From: Octopus vulgaris
Taxonomy: Eukaryota
Direction: 5' to 3'
Length of the DNA stretch: 64,000 nucleotides
NCBI GenBank assembly: GCA_951406725.2
Contig: OX597814.1
Location: 35,464,001-35,528,000 of the forward strand
Below the pieces are notes generated by a model, which worked only from the letters and a program-made list of their open reading frames with translations, had not been told where the DNA came from and searched no databases. The position numbers were made by a program, and so were the translations under genes. Position 1 is the first letter of the stretch, and the number at the start of each line of letters is the position of its first letter. This document shows, piece by piece, positions 52,395 through 64,000 of the stretch.

Positions 52395-52735
52395 TGCATT
52401 CTGGTTTCATTTTTATTACAGATTTTTCCTACTTTTGCATCAGTTTCTTGCCATTGGAACAATAAAATTTCTAACCTTCACACTTTCATTTTCAAGAATT
52501 GAAATAAATTTGGCATCTGTGGTGCTTCTTATTTAGATACTGGTCAAAATTTTGTTGACTCTTCTGCTAGAAGTTCTGCAGATGCCAAATTTATTTCATT
52601 TCTTGAAAATGAGTCTACTGTGAAGGTCTGGAAACACTCAATATGGATTCTGGAACTTTATTATTCCAAACTACCTGCAAGAAACTGATACAAATCCATG
52701 AAAGATTTGTAATTATAAGATAAAACTGGAACACT
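52395..52735. repeat. Long imperfect palindrome (fold-back/MITE)
   Basis: tcattttcaagaattgaaataaatttggcatctg pairs with cagatgccaaatttatttcatttcttgaaaatga. Outer arms atcagtttcttgc / gcaagaaactgat. Confidence 0.8.
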
Positions 52736-52829
52736 ATCTTTAATTTCATTAATGAAACATGCATAAAAGATGCACCAATATACCTATTTAAATCATATGC
52801 ACAATTTCATCAGGGACTTTGAAACATAG

Positions 52830-53130
52830 TCATCATCATCATCATCATCATTGCTTAACGTTTGCCTTCCATGCTGGTATGGGTTGAACGGTTTGACAGG
52901 GAGCTGGCTAGCTAGGAACTGTCCAAACTCCATTTGTCTGTTGTGGCATGGTTTCTATGACTGGATGCCCTTCCCAATGTCAACCAGTTCCAGAGTGTGC
53001 TGGGTCCTTTTCATGTGCTGCTGGCATGGGTGCATTTATGCAGCACTGGCATGGTTAAATTTTTTGCAGCACTAGCATGTGTGTGCTAATGCAGCACTGA
53101 CATGGGTGCTTTTTATATGGGACCAATATC
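52830..53130 (-). mobile_element. RTE 3' UTR, older copy
   Basis: (CAT)n, ttccatgctggtatgggttg and ctggatgcccttcc. Confidence 0.65.
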
Positions 53131-53192
53131 TGAAAGGAAAGCCTGTTTGTGTGGAAGTGGAAAACTGATTTTCCTTAGCTTCATGCATCTTA

Positions 53193-56155
53193 TCATCATC
53201 ACATCATCATTTAACGTCTGCATTCCATGCTAGCATGGGTTGGACGAGTTGACTGAGGTCTGGTGAACCAGATGGCTGCACCAGGCTCCAATCTGATCTG
53301 GCAGAGTTTCTACAGCTGAATGCCCTTCCTAACGCCAACCACTCCAAGAGTGTAGTGGGTGCTTTTACATTCCACTGGCATGAGGGCCAATCTGGTGGTA
53401 CTGGCAACAGCCACACTCAAATGGTGCAGGTAACGATCACGCTCAAATGGTGCTTTTTACGTACCACCGGCACGGAAGTCAGACAGCTGCTCTGGCAGTG
53501 CTCCCGCTCAGATGGAGCTGTTAGCGCTCCACTGGCACAGGTGCCAGTCATCGAATTTGGTTCAATTTCAATTTCACTTGCCCCAACAGGTCTATGCAAG
53601 CAAAGTTTAGTGTCCAATGAAGGAAAGTTGGCATGGGTGCCAGTCGAATTTGGTTCGATTTCGATCGCCACATCTCCTGGTCCCTTGTCATTTCCTCAGG
53701 GAGGCCCAGCATCCGAAGATCCTTTTCACACCACTTTGTCCCATGTCTTCCTGGGTCTACTTCTTCCACAGGTACCATCCATAATTAGAGTTCAGCACTT
53801 CTTTATGCAGCTGTTCTCATCCATAAGCATCACATGACTAAATCAATGCAGTCTTCTATCTTGCACACAACATCTGTTCCTTATACCTATTTTGCCTCTT
53901 AATTCATTTACACTCTGTCGTGCATGCACACTAACATTATCCATCCAGCAGAGCATGCTAATAACTTCATTCTTTTCCAGCCTTGCAAGTCCTCTGTAGG
54001 CAAAGCCCATGTTTCACTGCCATGTAATATAGCTGTATTGAACACAGGTATCATAGAATTTGCTTTTCACTCTGAGGAAAAGGCCCTTAGTTACCAACAA
54101 AGCTAACAGCTCTCTGAGCTTTGTTCAGTCCGTTCTTATTCTAGCAACTACACTTTCAGAACTTTCTCTCCTCCACTGCTAACTTGGTCTCTGAGGTAAC
54201 ATGAGCTGTCTACTACTTCTAATGATCCCCCAAGCATTTGAGGGAGTCTATTAACTGCAGTTTTAGTGCATTTTGTACCTGCATATTTGCCACACACAAA
54301 GACTATATTCTCTGCTAAACCTCCTGTGATATCGCTACACTTCTTACGTGTTTAAAGCTAGCATTCGGTACAACATATGGGTTTTCTACCAACACACTTC
54401 TTACATACTGAGCAGGGCCATCTCCCAGAAGGGGCTTATGATTTATCTGTTTTCCCACTTACTAGGACTTTGGTTTTAGCTAAATTAATTCTAAGACGCT
54501 TAGATTCCAGGCATTGTTTCCACACTCGAAATTTCTTCTCTAGATCAGGTAGGGATTCAGCTATGAGGACAAGGTCATCAGCATAGAGGAGCTCCCAGGG
54601 GCAGCTGGTCTTCAGTTCCTCTATTAAGACCTGGAAAACTAAGATAAACAAGATGGGGATGAGAACTGAGCCTTGGTGAACTTCTGAATTCCTCACTATA
54701 CTTGTTGCCAACCTTCACCTTACTGGCAGCATCTCTGTACATGACTTGTACCACTCTCACTAACCACTTATCTACCCCTAGCTTTCACACTGACCACCAG
54801 ATAAGGGAGTATGGGACTCTGTCAAAGGTTTTCTTCATGCCGACAAAAGCCAGGTACAGGGGTTTATTTTTGGCTAAATACTTCTGAAGTTTCCTAACCT
54901 GGAATATAGCATCAGTCAAGTTCCTGCCTGGTGCAAATCCAAACTGCATTTCATCTACACTCTCTTCTTAACTAATTGAGCTATGATCCTTTCAGTAACT
55001 TTCACTTGGTTTAGCAATCTGATGCCTCTGTAATTTTTTCTGTCTAAGGTTTCACATTTGCCTTTGTAACAGTTGGCTATAATGCTGCTACACCAATCGT
55101 TGGGTATGACTCCCTCATGGACAACCTGATTAACTATGTGGGTGACCAGACCATATCCTACTCCACCAGATATTTTAAACATCTCAGTGATTCCTGATGG
55201 GCCAGGCATTTGCCTGTTTTCATATCCTACCAAGCAACAGTTGATTTGGATAGCTGGTCCCTCAGTTGGGTCAACATTTGGCAGACTCTCTTCCTCCCAT
55301 TCATTCTCCATGTTTAGCAACCTTTCCTAATGGCATTTCCAAGCCCCTTTCTTTGCTGAATCATTAAATGCAAGTGAACCATCATCCATGCAGACACATT
55401 TCTCTCCTATGACATCATGATTTTCTTTCATACACTGTCTTGAAATTTGAGACATTTCAAATCTCTGGTCCTCACACCACAGAACCTTGTGCAAACTTCT
55501 CCTTTTCTGTTTCTCTCCAGGATAAATATACTTGTCTCCTAGCTTTCCTTCTGGTTATCTGATACAGTTATCTGCTACCATCACACTTTCAGTCCTGTTC
55601 TTTTCTCTACTGGCCCTGTCAACTACACTGTTCCACTACCATATCACCTTAGGTCAAGAGGGGACTTTTCACCAGCCACAAATTTGGTCAGTGGTCCTCA
55701 GCAGGTTGTCCTGTAGGAGCCTCCAGTTATGTTGCAGTATCCTCCTCGTTTTTGACAAGTGCTTCAAGTAATATGTCTCTAAATCTCTGACCATTCAGAG
55801 GATCCTTAAGCTTCTAGATCTTTCTTTTTCACACTCGTTGTCTTTTAGGCAGCCTTTTAACCCTGATTCTGAAGTTGCAGGGTGCATTCTTCACCTGGAA
55901 AAGTTTTGGCATTTATAACCAGCCATCTTTCCCATTTTGTGGTGAAAATGTAGTCAGTCTAATTAGTGTACCCTCCAAATTGATGGACGAACAGATGACT
56001 GGCAAGTTTCCAGGAGTTAGTATTGCTGATAAGGTCATTTGCATCGCAGAACTCCAGCAGCTTGGTCCCCTTCTCATTACAGAAGCCAAATCTGTTGCCA
56101 TCATGCCCATCATGGAAGCACCCAAATGTTATCCAACATGTCCACAAAGAGAAGA
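53193..56155 (-). mobile_element. RTE-clade LINE, long decayed copy reaching the AP-endonuclease domain
   Basis: FGFCNEKGTKLLEFCDANDL (APE C-terminal part), PGPSGITEM, NYRGIRLL, HQGSVL, PWELLYADDLVL, 3' UTR and tail. Confidence 0.9.
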
Positions 56156-56396
56156 TCTCTGCCATTTGTTTATGAAGTAGTCTGCAAAGGGTGTCATGTG
56201 TGTGTATGTGTATATATATATATATATATATATAATTATTGAAATGGATAAATGAATTATCTTGTTACGGATTATTCAAAAGATAACCGATACCTGGGTA
56301 GCAAAAATCACAACAGAAAAATCACGGTTGAGGTTACGACCATGGGGTCTCAAACCCGTGCCTTAGTGCTTCAAATATATAAACTTCATACACTAA

Positions 56397-56450
<54 letters not shown>

Positions 56451-56549
56451 ATACACACACATGATGCCTTTGTGTATGATCTGGGGACCTGAGTGTAGGA
56501 AAACTGTAAACTTCAAGATGTTTGTTTTCCTTCTAGTGCTGACACAATG

Positions 56550-57032
56550 ACTGGTTGAATGACCAAATCCAAGCTTCTCTGCTAGTTCCTCAACAGATAC
56601 AATGGAATTTTGTTCCCCCAGAGTTTGCAGGACATCCTCATCAAGCTCTACTGATTTTCCAGGATGAAGCTCATTTTCTAAGATGTAGTTTCTGGCTCGG
56701 AATTTCTGGAGCCACAGTTGAGACTGGCTTACGGTTATTGTCCAATCTGCATATAATGCATTTATATTCCTTGCACTTTCCATTGTGTTGTTGCCTTTAT
56801 TCAACTCATGAAGCAAAATATGCCGAATACGCTCCTTTGTTACTTCCATTATAACTTTGAGAAAATAACTGTTAAAATCAAACTGCACTCTTCAAAACTT
56901 GCACTAAGAATAAGGATATGGTTAAATTACTACCTGTTTTATAGCAAGTTGATGCAGGTAGTTTATCCTATCCTCCTCCAACTTTTAGTTCATACAATTG
57001 AAAACAATGTATTACTTGTGGGATGACCCAAT
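56550..57032 (-). mobile_element. Mariner 5' fragment (left TIR plus HTH region), second family
   Basis: MEVTKERIRHILLHELNKG..SARNI...WLQKFR...EELAEKL. Minus-strand terminus tattgggtcatcccacaagtaat. Confidence 0.8.
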
Positions 57033-57275
57033 ATATATGCATATGTTATAGAAGTACTAAATATATTTAGTTATGCTGTCATGTGAATTCTTTGTAAAAA
57101 CAAGTGAGGGTTTTGCTAAAGTATCTGTTTGGAAATCAGGTAGACATTTATTGCATCTCTCTAGAGAGATAGTTACAGTTTTAATGAATGTTATTAGTTG
57201 TGTATTATTTCCCTTTTTCACATAGTTCTATAGAAATGAACAGCACTTAGGATTGTTTATAAAGCATGCACACAT

Positions 57276-57316
<41 letters not shown>

Positions 57317-57743
57317 TGTATGCTCTCTCTCTCTCTCTTACATACACATACACACACGTGTGCTCTCTCATGCACACACTTAAATAATCTTAAGAGTTAT
57401 TTGAGTAAAAGTATGCCTACATATATTATAAACAATCTGAAAAGCTGTTGAAGTGTATGTATATATATATATATATATATATATACACTAGCTTAAAAGC
57501 TGCTGTATCGGGTGGCTTTTAAGCTAGTGTATAGCTTTTAAGCTACTGATCCCGAATGGGCAAATCTGTAAACAGATCTCTGACTTGTTTTGGAGAATTT
57601 GTTGCAATTGCTTCCTCCAGAGTCATATCCCAATAATGATCATATTTGTTGCAAACAAATCACATAAAAAAATCATCAAAAACAATCACTGGAATTTGCA
57701 ATTAATTTTGATTATTCCCCAAATTTATTTCCAAGTTATAAAA

Positions 57744-57949
57744 ATTACGGAGATGTACTTGCATAGCGAGTGATTTGATTTGAGATCATGTGCTGAAATG
57801 AAAACAATTGCAGCGTGAAAGGTGTTTGTAAGCCATTTAAGAAACACACAAAAGCCGTTTGATTCACTTCAACATTTAAGTTTAATTTGTCAAAATATTT
57901 TCGTCGCTTTAAGACCGCGACCTGTTCACTGACAAAAATCCATGCTGCA
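57744..57949 (-). mobile_element. Repeat family E, better-preserved copy
   Basis: Reverse complement of 28054-28252. Confidence 0.75.
57886..57936 (-). ncRNA. Minimal type-I hammerhead-like motif with G3:C8 core
   Basis: Minus strand: tttgtca-GTGAACA-g-gtcgc(ggtcttaaa)gcgac-GAAA-atat-TT-tgacaaa. Confidence 0.6.
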
Positions 57950-58539
57950 AATTGTTATTGTACAAAAAATTTGCCACAAAAAGTCATGTACAAAAATTGC
58001 CGAAAGCAATCTCAATAATGAAAACTTGGGTATCCAAAATTTCAGGGTTGCAGGTCCAGATTCAGTCTGGAATGGTTTTAATTTACTCATGGAGTCAGCC
58101 TGATTCCAAAATGGGATGATAATTTGGGCTACGGCCTCTAGGAGTAAAGTTGAAAAAGTGTGACACACTGACATTCACATTTATTATATTAGATACAAGC
58201 AAAACGCCCCCCGTCCATTGGATGGTGCTGAGTTGTCAAACATTTAAACCAAATTTTCCCAAAACAACTTGTCCGACCGTCCCATAGGCCTCCCTTTTGA
58301 GAAAACTGATTTAAACTAAATTTGAAACACCAGCAAAAGAAGAAATAAAGATACTCTTTTTGATATGCTTGCACGTACAAATGCACGTTCCCACGGCTTT
58401 ATCAATCGCATTCTCACCTGGAATCGATTTTTGTAATTTTTTCAAGACATACACGCCCTGATACCGTTGGTATCTACATATCCTAGAAGACACACACACA
58501 CAGACAGACAGAACGGATTTTATATAATAGATATGTCAG

Positions 58540-58800
58540 CATTTAACATCTGCACTCCATGCTGGCATGGGTTGGATGGTTTGATGGTAGCTGGTGCACC
58601 AGAGGACTGTACCAAGTTACACAGTTTGCTATGGCATCATTTACAATTGGATGGCCTTCCTAATGCCAACCACTTTACAGAGTGGACTGGGTACATTTTT
58701 GTGATACCAGTACTGGCAAGGTCTGTTTTAGCATGGTTTTATGGCTTGATGGTTGGATGCTCTTCCTTATACCAACCACTTTGCAGTGTGGATTGGGTAC
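58540..58800 (-). mobile_element. RTE 3' UTR, degraded
   Basis: tccatgctggcatgggttggatgg...ccttcctaatgccaaccac. Confidence 0.6.
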
Positions 58801-59182
58801 ATACATATGTGTGTATGTGTGTGAGCATCAGGTATACTTGCAAAAATGCTCAAGAATATCTGGTGATCATAAACTTAATGTACTCTGTGTTTTTTTTTTA
58901 TTTTTGTACCATATGTATATCTGTATATACAAGTTGCATCAATTTTTTGAGGTCATTTGTATGAATTTAAAACCAGATGTATAGTCCATCAAAGAAAAAT
59001 AGTATTTGAAAACAAACTTGTACTAATTATCTTAAGAAGCCTTTTATCACACCTATTAGCATCAATGACCATAAGCATCAATTGCTGCTTCATTGCTGCA
59101 ATACAGGGTTGGAAGTGTTAACATGTCTGAATCAGATGATCCTTAATCAATTTTGGGCATAGTACTTGTTTTTGTAGACTCG

Positions 59183-59473
59183 AGACCTAGTGGTTAGAGC
59201 AGCGGAATCGTGGTCGAAGGATCGCGGGTTCGAATCTCAGACCGGGCGATGTGTGTGTTCATGAGTGAAACATCTAAGCTCCACACGGCTCCGGCAGAAG
59301 GTAATGGCAAACTTCTGCTGACTCTCTCACCACAACTTTCTCTCACTTATTCCTCCAGCATCTTGCAGCTCATCTGCAATGGACTGGCTTCCCATCCAGG
59401 TGGGGAACCTATATGCCAAGGAAACCAGGAAACCGGCCCTTATGAGCCAGGCATGGCTCGAAAAGGAACAAAT
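59183..59473 (+). mobile_element. SINE family C (tail type 3)
   Basis: cctagtggttagagcagcgg...GGTTCGAATCTC, the shared central domain, and a different tail (gcaatggactggcttcccatccagg...gaaaccggcccttatgagcc). Confidence 0.75.
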
Positions 59474-59993
59474 GGTGTTATGGGAGAGTTGATTGACCTC
59501 TCTCTCTCTTGACTATACTTCATACGCAATAATCCAGTGGACTGAGGTCATGTATCTGGGTGAAAAGGATTATGGATATTAGCATGCAACAGCAGTTGGA
59601 TTGCCCTAACCTCATAAGATAGATGCAAATGGAACTGACCAAAGATGGGAAACTCCATCTTGCTCAGAAGAATTTTATTTTAGGGATATTTTTTCATAAT
59701 CCTGACTGACTAGGTCTGTAGTCACCTCTAGTAGTAGAGACGTGTTTCTGACTAGCAGGTCTGATGAGTTGCCTAAATTGCTAAAATCATTATATGTGTG
59801 AAACCAATGGCAACCCCTTGACTGACCACAACCAAAAACTATATAAGATAAATAAATAAGGGCAGATACATGTAAAAGAATAAAAGAATACATATATATA
59901 AATACACTTTATACACACACACATGAGGCACATGACTAAGAGAAAATACCAATTCCTGTTTTTGGTAGATGTTTATCATAATTACTGGAATGT

Positions 59994-61045
59994 CTGGGTC
60001 ATGATTGCTGAGGACATGTGTAGGCTTGAAAGAAATGAAGCCAGTATGCTCCGTTGGATGTGTAATGTCAGTGTGCATACACGACACATTGTAAGCGCCC
60101 TTAGAGAAAAGCTGGACATAAAAAGCATCATATGTGGTGTGGAAGAGAGGTGACTGCAATGGTATGGCTATGTGTTACATATGGATGAGGACAACTGTGT
60201 GAGGAAGTGCCACTCCCTAACAGTGGAAGGAAACCCATGGAAGAGGTAGACTCAGGAAAACATGGATGAGATGGTAAAACATGACCTTTGAACATTGGGC
60301 CTCACAGAGGCAATGACAAGAAACCAAGACCTTTGGAAATATTCTGTGATTGAGAAGACCCAGCAACTAAAGTGAGACCGCAGTCATGGCCGATGCCAGT
60401 GCTGCATATATGGCCTACTTAAGAGTACCCTTGATGCGTCAGGTGATATGATATGCTTGAGAAGACCTGTTGAGTCAAGTAAAAGCAAAATCGCCACTGT
60501 GGCCAGTGGCCCTTGACTGGCCCCTATTCCACTAGCATGCAAAAAGTATCATCTGAACGTGGTCGATGCCAGTGTCCCCTGATGGGCCTCCTGTGCTGGT
60601 GGAATGTAAAAAGCACTATCCAAATGTGTTCAATGCCAGTACCCCCTGACTGGCTCCCATGCTGGTGGCATATAAAAAGCACTGTCCGAATATGATCGAT
60701 GCCAGAACTGTCTGACTAGCTCCTGTGCTGGTAACATGTAAAAAGCAGCATCCAAACGTGGCCGATTCTGGTACCCACTGACTGGCTCTTGTGCAGGTGG
60801 CAGGTAAAAAGCACTATCTGAATGTGATCGATGGATGCCAAGCCCACCTGACTGGCTCCTGTGCCAGTGGGACATGAAAAGCACCCACTACACTCTCAGA
60901 GTGGTTGGCAATAGGAAGGGCATCCAGTTGTAAAAACACTGCCAGATCAGATTGGAGCCTGGTACAGACACTGGCTTTCCAGCCCTCAGGCAAACCGTCC
61001 AACCCATGCCAGCATAGAAAACAGACGTTAAATGATGATGATAAT
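59994..61045 (+). mobile_element. RTE-clade LINE 3' fragment with an expanded 3' UTR repeat array
   Basis: WVMIAEDMCRLERNEASMLRWMCNVSV, about six tandem units at 60490-60885, and a (GAT)n tail. Confidence 0.88.
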
Positions 61046-62099
61046 GACCATGAAATTTAATTCCACAGTTAAAGGATTGATCAAAGTTTTTCAGCTCAAT
61101 ATATTATGCATTTGAGACTGTATTCGAGTTATGCTGATATGTTAAACACTTCTCTGGTGTATTTTCACTCTCAAGTCATAGTGTTTATTTCAACAGTCTA
61201 CTATTAAAATATAATGCACAGATTATGTATTCTAGTGTCAGTAAAGTGACAAACAGAAGGAGCTCTGCCAGCACATAACCCTGATAGTTTGATCTGATAG
61301 GACCATAAGATGAGAGATGGGAGGAGCCCACAGGCTGGTAGTTTCAATAGATTTTCATGGCGAACACAGTTGCAAGCTTTGCTGGTGTCAAAGGTGACAA
61401 CATTACTTTAACAAAATTTCTCCAAAGTAGGTAACATAGAACAGGAGGTCACCAGTGGATCTGGCTTCATGGAAACCATACTGATGGTCATAAAGAAAAT
61501 AGAGAGATTAAAAGTATTTAAAAAAAAATCATTGCTACTAGCTATGTCCACAGATCAAAACAGTCAAAAGCTATTATAATTTTTTATCAGTAGTAAAGAA
61601 AATATTTGGGAAATGTTTGCTACCTTATACATGTGTGTATATGTGTGTGTCCGTGTATATGTGTGCGTATGTGTGTGCATGCATATATGCATGTGTACAT
61701 ATGTGTATATATGTGCACGTGCCATATTAATTGATTCATAAAGGAAAGTAGTACTCAAAAATACAGTAACAGACAACATCCGATAACCCAGATCTAATCA
61801 CTAAGCACGTGCTATAACACTTCATGTGAGATAAGACCAAAGAATTAATCTTTATCAGAATAAGTGAGAATGTCAGAACCATCCCAACCAAAGCTGTTGA
61901 CAGCATCCATAAATCATTGATACAAAGTAAAAGTAAAATGACTCACCTTTTTTATAATTTACTATCACTTTAATAACTGAAACCAAGATCTGAAAATATA
62001 ATGATTTTGATCCCAGCTTCCAATTACATTTCATACTATATGTTTTCTGCTTCTAACTTATAACCTTTAAAAAAAAAGGTATGTGTGTGTGTATGTATA

Positions 62100-62435
62100 T
62101 ATATATATATATATGATATATCTGTATATATATGATATATCTGTATATATATAATATATCTATCTGTATATATATGATATATCTGTATATATATAATATA
62201 TATATCTGTATATATATGATATATCTGTATATATATAATATATCTATCTGTATATATATGATATATCTGTATATATATATAATATATCTATCTGTATATA
62301 TATGATATATCTGTATATATATAATATATCTATCTGTATATATATAATATATCTATCTGTATATATATAATATATCTATCTGTATATATATAATATATCT
62401 ATCTATATATATAATATATCTATCTATATATATAT
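62100..62435. repeat. AT-rich minisatellite (units of about 18-21 bp around atatctgtatatata)
   Basis: Directly visible tandem units. Confidence 0.9.
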
Positions 62436-62452
62436 CATCCTCTTTCTCCTCC

Positions 62453-64000
62453 TCATCATCATTTAATACTTACCTATCCAGCTCATGCTAGCATGGGTTG
62501 GATGGGTAAGCATTTGACATGAGCTGCCCAGGTTCTATTTTTCAGTTTTGGCATGGTTTCTACAGCTGGATGCCCTTCCTAATTTCAACCCCTTTACAGA
62601 GTGTACTGGGTACTTTAGACATGAGACTGGTATGGGCACTTTTATGTGACATCAGCAAGGGTGCTTTTATGTTGAACTGGCAGGGGAGTTTGGGATTTCT
62701 TGGCTGAGAGAGGGATGTTGAGGACATACCTGTATCTATGGACAATCATGATGTTACTTAGCTTGATGCATCTCCACAAGCACAGAAAACTGCCAGAAGT
62801 CTCAATCCTTTGTCATCTCAATTGTGAGGACCAAGACCCTTTTTCACCTCTTCATCCCACATCTTCCTGGGTCTACTTTTTCCACAATTGCAGACTGGCA
62901 CTTCTTGATGCAAATTTCCTCATCCATACTCATCACATAACCATACTGGTGCAGTCTTCTGTCTGAAACACTATATTTATTGCCTTGTTTACACAATTTT
63001 TCTCTCAAATCTCTTGAACTCTGTTATACATGCACAGTGACATTACCCATCCAGCAGAGAACACTGGCTTCTTTTCTTTCATGCCTCCACACATCCTCAG
63101 TAGTCACAGTGCATGTTTCACTGCCATGTAGCATATCTGTTTGTATACAGGCAACATACAATCTGCCCCTCATTCTAAGAGAGGGGTCCATTGTTACTAA
63201 CAGAGGTGGTAGCTCTCTGAACTGTATTCTAGCAGCTATGTTCTCAGAACTACATCCTCCACTGCTAACTTGGTTATCATCTAATTAACAGAAATTGTTT
63301 ACTTCTTCTAAGGATCCTTCTGGACGTTTGAGGGAGCCTATTTTCTGTATATTCCTGGTGTTTAATGTACCTGCACATCTGCCACATATAAAGACTACTT
63401 TGTTAACCTTCCTGAGATACAATGACACCTCTTATATGTCCACAGCTTACACTGAGTACATTGTATGAAGTTTCTACCGACATCTTTTCTGCAAATAAAG
63501 CAGGGCCATCTTCCTGAAGGAATTTGAGATTTGTCTGTTTTCCTACTTACTAAGACTTTGGTCTTTTTCTAAATTAACTCTAAGATCCTTTGATTCCAAA
63601 CCTGAAATTTCTTCTCTAGTTCTGATAGTGATTCAGCAATAAGATCAACGCCATCAGTGTACAGGAGCTCTCAAAGGCAGCATGTCTTAAATTCCTCTGT
63701 TATGGCCCAGAGGGCTGTGATAAACAAGAGAGAACTGATAACTGATCCTCGGTGAACTCCTTTCTATTTATTAAATTCTTGCTATACTCATTGCCAATTT
63801 TCACCTTACTGACTGACTTCCTGTACATGGCTTGTACAACTCTTACTAACCACCCATCTATACCTAGCTTCCACATTGTCCACTAGGTAAAGGAGTGGGT
63901 GACCCTGTCAAAACTTTCTCCATATCAACAAAAGCCAAATACAGAGGTTTATTTGTGGCTGAGTACTCTTGCAGTTGCCTCACCAGGAAAATAGCATCAG
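62453..64000 (-). mobile_element. RTE-clade LINE, decayed, running off the window end
   Basis: Collinear with the 48535 and 53193 copies (VRQLQE, LAFVDME, HRGSV, ELLYTD, PHD remnant, 3' UTR). Confidence 0.85.

Larger units (their letters stand above)
57488..58531 (-). mobile_element. Non-autonomous Helitron-like element containing repeat E
   Basis: The minus strand begins a|TCtattatataaaatccgttctgtctgtctgtgtg and ends CTAG|t at 57488. Confidence 0.55.

Noticed and set aside
59183-59245. tRNA-like sequences (also 2119, 3029 and 16857)
   Set aside because: A/B boxes are present but no intact cloverleaf or acceptor stem. They continue into SINE bodies.
60490-60885. Repeat array resembling CRISPR
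   Set aside because: The units are whole tandem repeats with homologous intervening sequence inside a LINE 3' UTR. The context is eukaryotic and no cas genes are present.

Overview
AT-rich, microsatellite-dense animal DNA, probably intronic or intergenic. The repeat families resemble those of coleoid cephalopods such as Octopus; this is an inference from pattern recall, not a database match. No intact host protein-coding gene is supported, and nearly all track ORFs are microsatellite or transposon read-through. The window is a mosaic of mobile elements. These include at least four tRNA-headed SINE families, many copies of one RTE-clade LINE whose ORF carries a PHD-type zinc finger, and CR1, R4-like and second-RTE fragments. 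DNA transposons include a TIR-to-TIR DD34D mariner with a nested LINE, Chapaev3-like and hAT relics, several Helitrons, a piggyBac-like MITE and long fold-back palindromes. The most interesting signal is RNA-structural: two unrelated short repeats carry minimal Penelope-type type-I hammerhead ribozyme folds. One lies in a palindromic, tandemly repeated tRNA-headed SINE (1.8-2.5 kb). The other has a G3:C8 covariant core (28.1 kb and 57.9 kb). Boundaries were read by eye and are approximate unless termini are quoted.
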